This document shows, one piece after another, positions 1 through 13,775 of a stretch of 64,000 nt of DNA. The position numbers were made by a program, and so were the translations under genes. The notes beneath the pieces were generated by a model. That model worked only from the letters and a program-made list of their open reading frames with translations. It did no database searches and was not told where the DNA came from. The DNA is from Octopus vulgaris (lineage: Eukaryota), in assembly GCA_951406725.2 (NCBI GenBank), contig OX597814.1, positions 223,572,001 through 223,636,000 on the forward strand, given 5' to 3'. The stretch's first letter is position 1. Each line of letters begins with the position of its first letter.

Positions 1-89
1 AAATTTATGAAATGTATATGCCAATATATTGTGTTTATGAATGAATGTGTGAGTGCGTATGTATGCGTGTGTCTGTCTGTATGTATATG

Positions 90-134
<45 letters not shown>

Positions 135-644
135 ACGGATGCCATATGCAATGAATTTAAATAAATGTATATTTAGGTTTGCTATGAAAAGAGACACAGT
201 GGATATAAACAAGTTTTATTCATCATAAATTCGGCAACTTCAAAAGTGAAGTATTGGGGTGGGGAGCTGTCAATAACAGTTAACACTAATCGGTTCGATC
301 CTCTTTAAAAACTAGTATTGTTCCTGTGAGATTTTGGTTATTAATGAGTTGCCATCAAGCCTGTACATTTTGGGAATTTCTTTAACCTTGTAAAGATATT
401 GTTTGCATCTCTGCAAAATCTGTGCTTCTTAATATCGGCAGCTAGAAGTTCGAGTAAATGGCCTCAGATGATTCCCCATCAAAAGACTAGAGTAGGGAAC
501 CTAATTTTCAGCTGCCGAGGCCGCTGGGAAACTATTCATGGAAACTATTTTCGACGTGAATTTAAATACATGAATTTAAATTAAGTAAATATAGCATTAT
601 TACTTACGTGTGTGTGTGTGTGTGTGTGTTTTGTGTGTGTGTGT

Positions 645-821
645 ACACGAGTTGAAAAGTTCATGGCTTTGGGTAAAACAAAATACAGGAGGATCGGTTA
701 ATTATTTTATTAGACACACACACTTATTGCAGTAGCCCTTCAGGTTTTCTAAGTCCTGTGAAAGAACTCGAAAGGTTGGGCCTCCGACCAAGCCTTTTGC
801 GAGATCCTTAAAGCCAGGAAC
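645..821. mobile_element. Short Tc1/mariner-type MITE remnant
   Basis: Inverted ends GTTCATGGCTTT (~659-670) and AAAGCCAGGAAC (~810-821); the right end is truncated and abuts a SINE fragment. Confidence 0.5.
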
Positions 822-829
822 AGGGGGAT

Positions 830-951
830 TATTGGCCTGCTCAACTAGCCAGCGAGGTGACATCATTTGAAGACTAAAACAATGCAAAAGTGCATTGTGA
901 CGAGCGATGTGTAATAACATCTGATAGCTTGGTTGGTCACGTGATCACGTG

Positions 952-952
<1 letters not shown>
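830..952 (+). mobile_element. 3' half of a tRNA-derived SINE (same family as 45488-45797)
   Basis: Matches the reverse complement of 45488-45610 (GGCCTGCTC..AGCCAGCG..CTAAAACAATGC..CATTGTGAC.AGCGATGTGTAA.AACATCTGAT); ends in CACGTGAT repeats. Confidence 0.8.
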
Positions 953-1005
<53 letters not shown>

Positions 1006-1049
1006 GGATACATATAGTTACGTATATATTACATATATATATATACTTT

Positions 1050-1087
<38 letters not shown>

Positions 1088-1249
1088 GAGTGAGACCTAC
1101 AAGAATACATACATACATAAAATTAGTACAGTTAGTACAGCGTCACGCGATTTATAACTATTGAGATTAATCAGCGGGTGTGTTCGCATTTAGACGTCAG
1201 TCGAGAAAAGACTGTTGCCCTGACCAGAAATATGCATATCAATGGATTG

Positions 1250-1950
1250 TCTGCCTCACGTATCTCCAGAGATACAATATTAAAAATATCTCAGGATTTA
1301 TGAAAATGTTACATACATTGTAGCTTTATGTAAAGTGAGAGCAACAATATCATTTGTAAGACACAATATAATTTTGCAAGGTATAACTTTCATCATTAGC
1401 AGATGCTCAGAAATATCTGCAAAAGATTACCTTTTCGTAAGACATGATATTGTTGCTAAAACTATTTACGGTACTATACGCAGATACGATTGTCCTGACA
1501 GACACACCAAAAGCTCATCAAAACCAGAATATATCAACGCCTTTAACAAAAATGAATGCTGGTGAAATTTTCTAATAAATGCAGAGCAGCAATGCAATGC
1601 CAGTACAACGACTGACCTGAAAGTGTTGTGATGTGATAGAAGATAAATATTATTCACGGCAATGAAGTTTAGCTTGCTAGCAGATGGGAATAATTCTTCT
1701 GAGGTTATAGAAAAAGAGCGCATCTATGAGGAACTAATGCGTAATGTACAGTTCCTTTATCCAGATTATAGATTCTCGTTTCCAGCCATTTTCATAGAAG
1801 CTCTGGCCTATGAAGCCATAGATTCCCATAAATTGTGGAACTGTAGCTTTCCAAGAAATAATAAATGAAATGACGCATATCTTTCGAAACCAAATTATAT
1901 TTAGTACATTGAGGAATTGCAAAATATTCCTAGAATGAAGGTTTACGCAC
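1250..1950 (+). pseudogene. Degenerate 3' fragment of an RLE-type non-LTR retrotransposon (R4/Dong/NeSL-like C-terminus)
   Basis: ORF fragments IISRCSEISAKDYLFVRHDIVAKTIY (post-zinc-knuckle RHD motif) and EKERIYEELMRNVQFLYPDYRFSFPAIFIEALAY (KxxxY and terminal G-A-L-G-like motif). Confidence 0.65.
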
Positions 1951-2099
1951 AATCACAGTGGGGGCAGTGCATACGGGCTCAAACACACACACACACACAC
2001 ACACAGACGCACACATGCGTATATAACCAATTTCCCACTCGATTGCTTTCAGAGGCATGCACATCTACTCATACACTTATGTATATATGTATATATATG

Positions 2100-2164
<65 letters not shown>

Positions 2165-2165
<1 letters not shown>

Positions 2166-3450
2166 GGTATTTACAAAAATAGACGAAGACGTGTGTTGAA
2201 CTAAAAACAGATGCATTCGTTTAACGCTCGGAAAGGGAGAAAATCTTTTACGTTTCGAACCTACGCTATTCAACAGAAAGGAACACAGAAATAAGCAGAG
2301 AGAGGAAATATAAAAGGTTTAGTGGCTAGCGATCAATCATGGCGAATGCCGGACAGAGGTGGTTAGACAGGAGAGCTAGGAAGAAGGGGAGATAATAAAG
2401 TAGTGGTGATCCCAAAACGATGACGCATATGCGTGTGTATGTGAGAGCGTGTATGTACGTGTGGATAGGAGCTGGTGACCTTGATGTGTGCGTGCGTGCA
2501 TGTGTAGATGTGTGGATGATGATGTGGGTACTAGTAAGTGGTCAGTGCTTGTATGTGCGAGATGGTGTAATGTGGTGTAGTGTGGTGTGTGTTGTGGTTG
2601 TGTGTGGTGGGGAAGGGGGAAAGCAAGGTTAGGGTGTGGCTTGGGGTGAGGGTGGGGTATGTGGGAGTGTGGTGTGAGGGTGGAGTGGGGGTTGGGTGGG
2701 TATGGGGGAGTGGAATATGTGAGATGGGATGCATAGCGATGGTGGGGTAGGAATGTGTAGAAGTGGGGTAACGATGGAGAGGTGACGTTGAAGGGAGAGT
2801 GTGAAAGGGAGAAGGTGGGTAGGATTGAAGAGAGGAAGTAGGTGTCAGATGAAGAGAGAAGAGTAGAGGTAGGTGGGGGTGAAGGGAGAATGTAGGTGTG
2901 AGAGGAAGAGAGGAGAGAGGAGGGGATTACATAAAGATTGGAGGGGAGTGGAGCCAATCTGGCGCAAAAGAGTGAAGAGAGAAGATTAGTTTTTGTTCAC
3001 GGCGAAGACGAGAGTCCGGATGGCTCCTGTGTGAGAACAATCCCAACAGAGACAGGTGTTGTAAAGGATGACCGGTAGAGTGGAAATGGCGCGAGACCGG
3101 GTTTCGTTGCCGAGTCTGATGTCACAAAGGTGTTCCACGAACCGGTTAGCCAAGCGGCGTCCGATGTACATAGAAGGAAAGAGAGAGCAGGAGATAAAGT
3201 AGATGACGTTGCTAGAAGTGCAGGTGAAGGAGTCAGTGATATGATAGGGTCGATGATGGGTACCTGTGAGGATGGTTGTGTTGGGGAGGAAAGGCCGGGT
3301 TGTGAGGTTAGATTAGGGAAGAAACTGTGGACCAGGAGCTCACGTAGGTTGTGGTCTCCTTTAGTGGAGGGGAGGAGAAGATGTGCGAAGTGGAGGGGTC
3401 GGACTGGAATCGCCGGAAGGCTCGGACATAACGCGTGCTGAGGAAGGTGA
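2165..3450 (-). mobile_element. Penelope-like element 3' part: GIY-YIG endonuclease remnant, pyrimidine-rich tract and pseudo-LTR
   Basis: Minus strand encodes ITDSFTCTSSNVIYFISCSL..YIG.RRLANRFVEHL; homologous to 49160-50970 and 24105-24546. Confidence 0.8.
2245..2280 (-). ncRNA. Minimal hammerhead-like motif (CUGUUGA variant) in PLE pseudo-LTR
   Basis: Minus strand CUUU-CUGUUGA-A-UAGC-GUAG-GUUC-GAAAC-GUA-AAAG; stem I CUUU/AAAG. Confidence 0.6.
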
Positions 3451-3504
3451 CGCTATTATGACAATCTAGAAACCGGTCCAAATACTCGATTATATGCAGA
3501 GAGA

Positions 3505-3891
3505 GTCCCTATCTGAAAGTTTTGGTTTTCTTCCCGAGTTTTGTCTCGACGAGAAGGTTTTTCCCTCTTTCTCAAAGGCTGTCATTACTTTCGAGACAGT
3601 ACTTCTTTCTACACCAAACATTTCGGCTGTTTTCGTTACGCTAGCGCCTGCCATAGGAGCACCAACAATTTGACCGCTTTGAAAGTCCGATAGATCTCTC
3701 ATTTTAATTAATTTTAATTACCTTTCCCAGATGATATCTGAAAAGAAACAGCAATTTTAGCAAAACATATAAGCAACACAAATAATAAATAAAAAAAACA
3801 TAAAAATAAACAAGCTTTTGATGGTTTTATAGATATTTCAAATATATGATGCTATGAGGCTAGGTTTTTCCATTATTTTGACCAACCCCTG
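3505..3891 (-). mobile_element. Tc1-like DNA transposon 5' fragment (TIR plus N-terminal HTH of transposase)
   Basis: ORF 3490-3702 MRDLSDFQSGQIVGA..GASVTKTAEMFGVERSTVSKVM..NSGRKPKLSDRD; the terminus reads TA|CAGGGGTTGGTCAAAATAATGG on the minus strand. Confidence 0.85.
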
Positions 3892-4939
3892 TATATATAT
3901 ACTCAATTATGCATTTATACATTCACGATGGCTATCAAAATGATCATGCATTACACTTCCTTACAATTTCCTTCTAAATGTATTTGCCAACACACCATGG
4001 GTTCTCATGAAGAGAAATATGATCCTCGTAATGCAAGATTCAACGTGTTCCTTCAAGCTTCAGACAAAACCTTAACGGTGGATGCAACTGCGTGCGGGCA
4101 AGCAGGATCACGATTACCCCTGTCTTATTTACACCTCCTCTAAAACTACATTAGAGAGTAAACAATGGAAATGGTGGCATTTTATGGTCACAGACACACG
4201 TTGTTCTCCGACAGCTGGAACAGATTATTCCTCAGAAATATATACATGTAAATTTTTCATATCGTTTGGTACATAATTTTCCTCTGACAATAATTAGTAA
4301 ATCTACACTACCAGTTGATATATTTTTAGATATTCCCTGATATTTAAGCATTTCGACTGTACACGTGTTCTGTACTGTTCCAAATGGCTACTATACAATC
4401 TTGTCGGCATATGAAATTGTCACAAAGAGTTACTCCCGCAAGGATCTAATCTAGTTAAGCTCTTCTTGCTCCTGATAAATGCAAAAACAACTTTCTTCTA
4501 CTGTGTAGTTTTATTTAACACGTTGGAGCACACATGAATGCGGGAAGTCATGTCGCTGCAGAACAAATCCCGAGAGAATCCTCTGCCTAGACGACTTATG
4601 TGAAAACAGATGATCTGTAAATGACGTTGTGGTCCCGTTAGACTCAAGATTTCCTGCGTTCTTTCGCGTCGTCAAATACAAATACCAAATCTATCATTCG
4701 TAGCCAGATAATAAGAAATTCAATTTTTTGGGAAGAGCATACGATACGTTTGCGGATGTGTGTAAAGCTTGATCAAGCGGCAGAAGATCTTACATCCGAA
4801 TGTATTCGAACCATATAAATATGACTTTACAGAAATATATTTTCTTCAACGCTGCTTAGTTTGGCTTTATACACTATTTCTATTTTTGAATAGCTATTCT
4901 AAATATCTAAATAACTATATAAATAACTACATAAACATG

Positions 4940-5098
4940 CAGTTCTATATTTAAGAGGTGAGGAATTATGTATATTATTTACATTATTTACATTTGACGA
5001 TATTTGTTATCTTGTTTCTTGTTAACACATTTCCAGCCTTCATCAGGCGTCTTGGGGAAATTTCGAACCTGGGTTCTCATTCATAAGGTATTTTTCGA

Positions 5099-5100
<2 letters not shown>
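4940..5100 (-). mobile_element. PLE pseudo-LTR-like module with internally deleted hammerhead motif
   Basis: Inverted copy of 6191-6348; CCTGATGAAGGCTGG retained, the 3' strand of stem II deleted. Confidence 0.65.
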
Positions 5101-5161
<61 letters not shown>

Positions 5162-5180
5162 CATTATTATTATTATTATT

Positions 5181-5252
<72 letters not shown>
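5101..5252. repeat. (TTA)n followed directly by (AAT)n, a fold-back microsatellite
   Basis: Direct reading; strand switch at ~5182. Confidence 0.95.
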
Positions 5253-6190
5253 TGACCCATCAATGGCTAATGGCCTCTGGCTTAAAATCTGAAACAGAGG
5301 GGTTTATCATAGCAGCTCAAGATCAATGCCTACCAACAAGAAACTACCAGGCCAACATATTAAAGAACGGCAGTAGCCCAACATGTCGTGTATGCCGACA
5401 ACAAAACGAAACCATTGATCATGTTGTCTCCAATTGCAGTCTTCTAGCGCCTACAGAGTACCTCAGTAGGCATGATAGAGCTGCACAATATATTCACTGG
5501 GTAATTTGCAAAAACCTGGATTTGCCCCATGAAAAAAACTGGTGGGAACACAATCCACCCCCAGTGCTTGAAAATGACCACATCTCACTCCTCCGGAACT
5601 TCACCATTCAAACTGACAGGAAGATAGATGCAAATAGGCCAGACATCATATTGAAAGACTTCAGACAAAGAACATGCCTCCTCATTGATATGACTGTCCC
5701 AATCGATATAAACGTATCTGTCAAGACCTACCAAAAACTGAGCAAGTATAAAGAACTTGAAATAGAAATCAGCAAAATGTGGAAGCTGAAGACTAAAACA
5801 ATACCTGTTGTCATAGGTGCCCTGGGAATGATAGCGAAAGGGACTGATTGCTACCTAACTCAGATACCAGGAAACCCCAAAATGGCAGAAATTCAAAAGA
5901 TAGTGCTCATGGGAACTGCTCATATCCTACGCAAAATACTCTCTATGTAATCCCAAGGTTTAAAACAAACTTTTTTTTATTTTTATTTTTTATTTAATTT
6001 TTTTTTTTTTTTTTTTTTTTTTTTATTTTTAGACATTCAGTAGTACAACACCAAAAAAAAAACAAGAAAAAAAAAAACAAATATATGGCACAGAACTTCC
6101 AACCTGTTGTCTCTTGAGGTCTCTGGGTGAAACTTGGAGCCAACTTGTACAGACATAAAGCAAAAGTCAAACATAGAATAATAATAATAA
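5252..6190 (+). mobile_element. 5'-truncated R4/Dong-like non-LTR retrotransposon; open C-terminal ORF 5252-5950 (CCHC knuckle plus restriction-like endonuclease) and 3' UTR
   Basis: LKSETEGFIIAAQDQ, CRVC..ETIDHVVSNC, RHD, NRPDI..LIDMTVP..KLSKY, PVVIGALG; flanked on both sides by (TAA)n, the known Dong target. Confidence 0.9.
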
Positions 6191-6348
6191 CATCGAAAAA
6201 TACCTTAGGAATGAGAACCCAGGTTCGAAATTTCCCCCAAGACACCTGATGAAGGCTGGAGAGTATATCAGCCGAGGTGGTATGTTAACAACAAGCAAGA
6301 TGAGGACAAATATCAGTCGAATGTAAATAATGTAAATAATGTAAATAA
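6191..6348 (+). mobile_element. PLE pseudo-LTR-like module with degenerate hammerhead (6243-6285)
   Basis: CTGATGA-A-GGCTG-gagagtatat-CAGCC-GAGG (expected GAAA replaced); ends in TGTAAATAA repeats. Confidence 0.65.
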
Positions 6349-6753
6349 ACATACTTCTATATTTAGACAATTGTTCTAGCATAGATGATTGGGTGTTGTC
6401 ATATTAGCTTTAGAAGACCGACAACATTATATCAGATTTTTAGCTAAAATCTTACAGTTGGCATTGCTACTCAGTCACCTAGTATCGATAGTATATATAC
6501 TAACAATTATGAAATCTTACTAACTAAAATAGCCACAGGTTTGGTCGTCTCAAAATCTTTAGATTATATAGTTGGAGTCTTTCATTTGTAAGTCTTCATT
6601 TCATCAAAACAGAAATTTCTTAGCGACGAAAATATCAATACAGTATACAAATCTCTTTTACAGAGAGCAATGTCGTGAATTTATCAATAGACATTGTAAG
6701 CCACAACGCTTAAGTGTATATGTTTATGTGTACTTACAGACTCTCACATAAAT

Positions 6754-6760
6754 ATAGATG

Positions 6761-6794
<34 letters not shown>

Positions 6795-6825
6795 GAGAGA
6801 GACAGATAGATAGATAGATAGATAT

Positions 6826-6913
<88 letters not shown>

Positions 6914-6942
6914 GTTTCTTTATTGGCCACACAGGGCTGCAC

Positions 6943-7030
<88 letters not shown>
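6754..7030. repeat. (GATA)n microsatellite interrupted by a ~31 bp insert
   Basis: Direct reading. Confidence 0.95.
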
Positions 7031-7031
<1 letters not shown>

Positions 7032-7568
7032 CACATACGTACATACATTCATACATCACACACACATACTTACACAGACATGTCGACAACATCCAGCAAA
7101 CCACTTCACTTCTGAAAGCTGTCGCATCAACAGGCCAATTACAGAGAGCAGCACCACGTACTTGTTTGTCATTATTTCGTTAGAATAGATTGAAACCAAG
7201 ACAGCTGAGATGTCACCAGCTTTATAATAGTTCCATAAATTTCTTGTATCCTTTTTGTTTGTTTCTTAGCAGTTTAGAATTTTGTTTTATCCATATGAAA
7301 TAGTCTCACTTACTTTTTTTATATGTGAATAGATGTGACAGGGTTTATTCTCCTTTTATTTTATTATTTCATTGTATTCCAATTCTGAATTCTAATAACG
7401 AGAATTGTTACAGCAGTAGTCGCGATGGCTAAGAAAGTGACTCTGAGTAGATCAGCGTATATAGTCAATTATTATAAGCGTGTATACGTATGTGTGTGCA
7501 TGTGCGTCTGCGTGAGAGAAAGAGAGACATTAAGTGTGTATATGAACAGATCTCAATATATATATACA

Positions 7569-7669
<101 letters not shown>

Positions 7670-7855
7670 ATATGAATGTGTATGTATATACATATATATA
7701 TATATATACCAGTGTCTCAGCATGTCGGGCCATACGGGCGTGATAGATTTCCTATAAAACCCGTTTCTATTTCATTTAAAGGTTTACTCATTTCCTCACT
7801 AGCAGCTGTGTCTGTAGGAATTAAATTAAAAGTAAATGAGGATTCGATGTATCTC

Positions 7856-7919
<64 letters not shown>

Positions 7920-9676
7920 GTGCGCATTTGTGTTTACGTATACATAAGGATACATATGTATACTTAAGCATACATATATATATATATATATACTTATATA
8001 TACATACGTACATATATGATATAAATATATGTGTGCGTGTGCTTGTGTGTGGTGATTATGTGTGTATTCGTATATAATGTGAAATATAACTCTGTTGTGG
8101 ATGGTGTTTGAGATGAAACCGATTACAATCAATCAAACCTAGTTTCTCATATTAAACGCTGTATTGATGTAAGCTGCAGTGAAATGAGGAACCGAAGAAC
8201 ATAAAGTAATAATATTCCACCGTGATTGGACCTCGTTCCTACTTCGATTTTCTTTGTGATCTGTCTTTAGCCTGAGGTGGAAGTAAAACAATATACAATT
8301 CCCAAGTATAAAGCAATGCATTCGTCTTCCCATCAGAAATATTGGGTTGTCTGTATAATGAAGCGATACAAGTGACAGAGGTGTTGTTGCAAAGTTTAAG
8401 CTAACAAGTGATTATTTGACTTACGGAACCGAGTTCAAGTCTTCTTCAGGAAAAATGTTATAATGATAGTGTCTATTTACAAGCGGTTGGATTTTGTATT
8501 AACTGCTTGATTCTAAGGAAACTGGAGGCAAGGAATTGGATCAATGTGTTGCGATCTGTAAGAAAAAGGAATAAAACTTTTGGTTTTATATGTAATGTTT
8601 TTCAAACGTCTTCGTTTATTCATTCTTTGTTCACATAGTTCTTGTGCTACCTTCAGCTCAGATATGGTAGCTGAATCATGTTAAAATTTAGATACACCTC
8701 GCTTATTGCAAGACAGGCTAAATTAAGCAAATTCGATTCGAAGATGCAAAATATACGTATGTATATTGTACGTCTCTGTATAGCATCATTCATTTGTGGT
8801 AGCGGTGAAGGTAGTGGTGAATAATTGTAGTATAGATATACCATGGAATTATTATTCAAATACTTTAAATAATAATTTTGTGGGTATTCCTATATTTTTC
8901 AAATTTTAATTCTTTATGATCAAATAATAAGAAATATACTATACTAGCTTTCAATTTAACATTCATAGATGACTAAAAAAACTTCACTGCAAACTTGAAA
9001 TTGGAATATTTTTCTAAATTTAATCTAGCCTTAGAATTAATAAGGCTTTCCCCAGTTATAAAATACTATGCCTACTCATAATAATAAGTGATAGATTTTT
9101 TCCCCTTTCTTTTCTCTAAATTATACTCTCTGTAAATGGGATTAAGACCATTTGACATTGACCTAGTTTCTCTCACCAAAATAGCAGTAATTGGCATTTG
9201 TTAGTAGCAATTGCTGCCTTTAACATGAATTCCTTTTATGGTGTTCTGAAACCTCCTTTACCCCATTCCTACAATTAAAAAATCTTTATTACTTCTAACC
9301 TTACATCAATTAGGAACAGCCATATCTTGGTCAGTCAGTGGAAGGACTTCACTACCTTATATGTTCTTAAAATTTAAATCCACATCTTTGTCTGTATATC
9401 TACCTTCTCTATAATGTTGCCACTTGATTTGAAAACTTTTGTATTAATGGAAAACCTCTATAATTGGTTGATGAGTACTCAGCATCTTAAATCTGTTGAA
9501 ATACTTACATTTAATAAAATGATGTAGTACGAAACGATTGTACCAAATTACCGGAGTCATTCTTGTTGCTTATTTTGATTATAGTCACCACACAAATTTT
9601 TATGGATAACACCATACAAAATTCTAGTGCATCAAAATTAAGTACCACATTCATTTGAATCTAAATTATTGCTGAA

Positions 9677-9744
<68 letters not shown>

Positions 9745-9781
9745 TAAATATATATATATATATGTTTGTTTTCTACAACAT

Positions 9782-9818
<37 letters not shown>

Positions 9819-10179
9819 ACGATTATATTTCTATCAACCCTTTCACGCTTATTAGCTCATTTCACTCTTCATTCTTTCGTTTCCCCTCTCTCACATTTCT
9901 TTGCCTTCTCTTCTTACTTTCCATCCACTTTTCACTTCACTATGTCCCTGCCATTTTTTTCACCCCTCCTTAATTCTTCCATCCATCTGCTTCTACAACT
10001 ATATATATATATATATATACATATAGGAGAGTTAAGTTAGATGTTATAAGAACCGTATAAAGGATACTTGTATCCAATGAATCCACTGGTGTATTACGTA
10101 GATTTAATCATGAGCATTTGTAATAATGCTCATAAATTATAGGTAATGAGAAAAATAAACTAGAGCTTATCAATATTCA

Positions 10180-11180
10180 AGGGAAACAGAAAATGGCGAT
10201 ACAATTGAGGAATAACGATTCACATCAATTATCATTTATCAATCAATTACAAAAAGAGAGAATTTCAACTTACAGCTGTTTCTGTTAGCGTGAATCTCAG
10301 TATTAAGCACCGCAATAATAGTGATAATAGTTACAATTGTAATTAATTAGTTATACCAAACTGAATCACGAAACTTCATCAGAGGGGAAACGTAAATAAA
10401 ATATAAGTAATAATAAAAAGAGAAAGAGAAGAAACAGAAGGAGAAAGTGAGGACGGTGATAATCAATTGGTGCTACATGCTGACCCACATTCGACCGACT
10501 GGAATTTTGAAACAGAATCAGGGGTATTTATAATAATAAGTGGTACATTCCTATATACCGGGTTTGGAAGGCGTGGGTTAAATATATAATAACTAAATGA
10601 GCACTTTGGTTAAGTAAAAAAATAAAAAAAGGAAGAAAAATAATTATAAATACCAGTAGTTATAGAACTAAATAATAATAGTTGACTATAAATTACTATT
10701 AATTGATTTCGTATGTATTTTACAAATTATAATAATTTATTACTGTTTTCCTTTATTTTTTTACTTAACCAAGTTGATCATTTAGCTATTATATATTTAC
10801 CCCACGCCTTCCACCCCTGTATATAGGAATGTATCACTTAATATAACCCCTTATTCTATTTCTAAATTCCAGTCGGTTGAATGTTTCTCAGTGGGCCAGA
10901 ATGTAGGACCTTCTTTTTCTTCTTTTTCTTCTTCTTCTTCTCCTTTTTACTTATATTCTTTTTACTTTTCCCCCCTGATGAAGTTTCATGATTCAATTTG
11001 GTATAATTAATTACTTACAGTGATACCTATTATTACAATTATTTTCGTGGCTAAAACTCGGAATCACACAACGGAAGCAGCTGTAAGCTGAGATTCTGTA
11101 TTTTTGTAATTAATTGATAAATGATAATTGATGTAAATCAATTGTCATTCATCAATTTTATCTCCATTTTCTGTTTTCTT
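10180..11180. repeat. ~1 kb imperfect palindrome made of two inverted PLE pseudo-LTR-like copies
   Basis: Arms ~10180-10650 and ~10725-11180 pair throughout (e.g. GGAAGGCGTGGG/CCCACGCCTTCC, CATTCCTATATAC/GTATATAGGAATG, CCGACTGGAATTT/AAATTCCAGTCGG). Confidence 0.85.
10263..10390 (-). ncRNA. Type I hammerhead-like motif with intact core and extended stem II
   Basis: Minus strand UUUCCCCU-CUGAUGA-A-GUUUCGUGAUUCAGU...ACUGAGAUUCACGCUAAC-A-GAAAC-AGCU-GUA-AGUUGAAA. Confidence 0.65.
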
Positions 11181-11187
11181 TGTGCAC

Positions 11188-13775
<2,588 letters not shown>

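Noticed and set aside
3928-4276. Short non-repetitive ORFs as candidate host exons
   Set aside because: No recognisable domain or convincing splice-site pair
8850-9660. Possible degenerate Penelope RT (LGTA.. motif near 9310)
   Set aside because: A single short motif in AT-rich sequence is insufficient support
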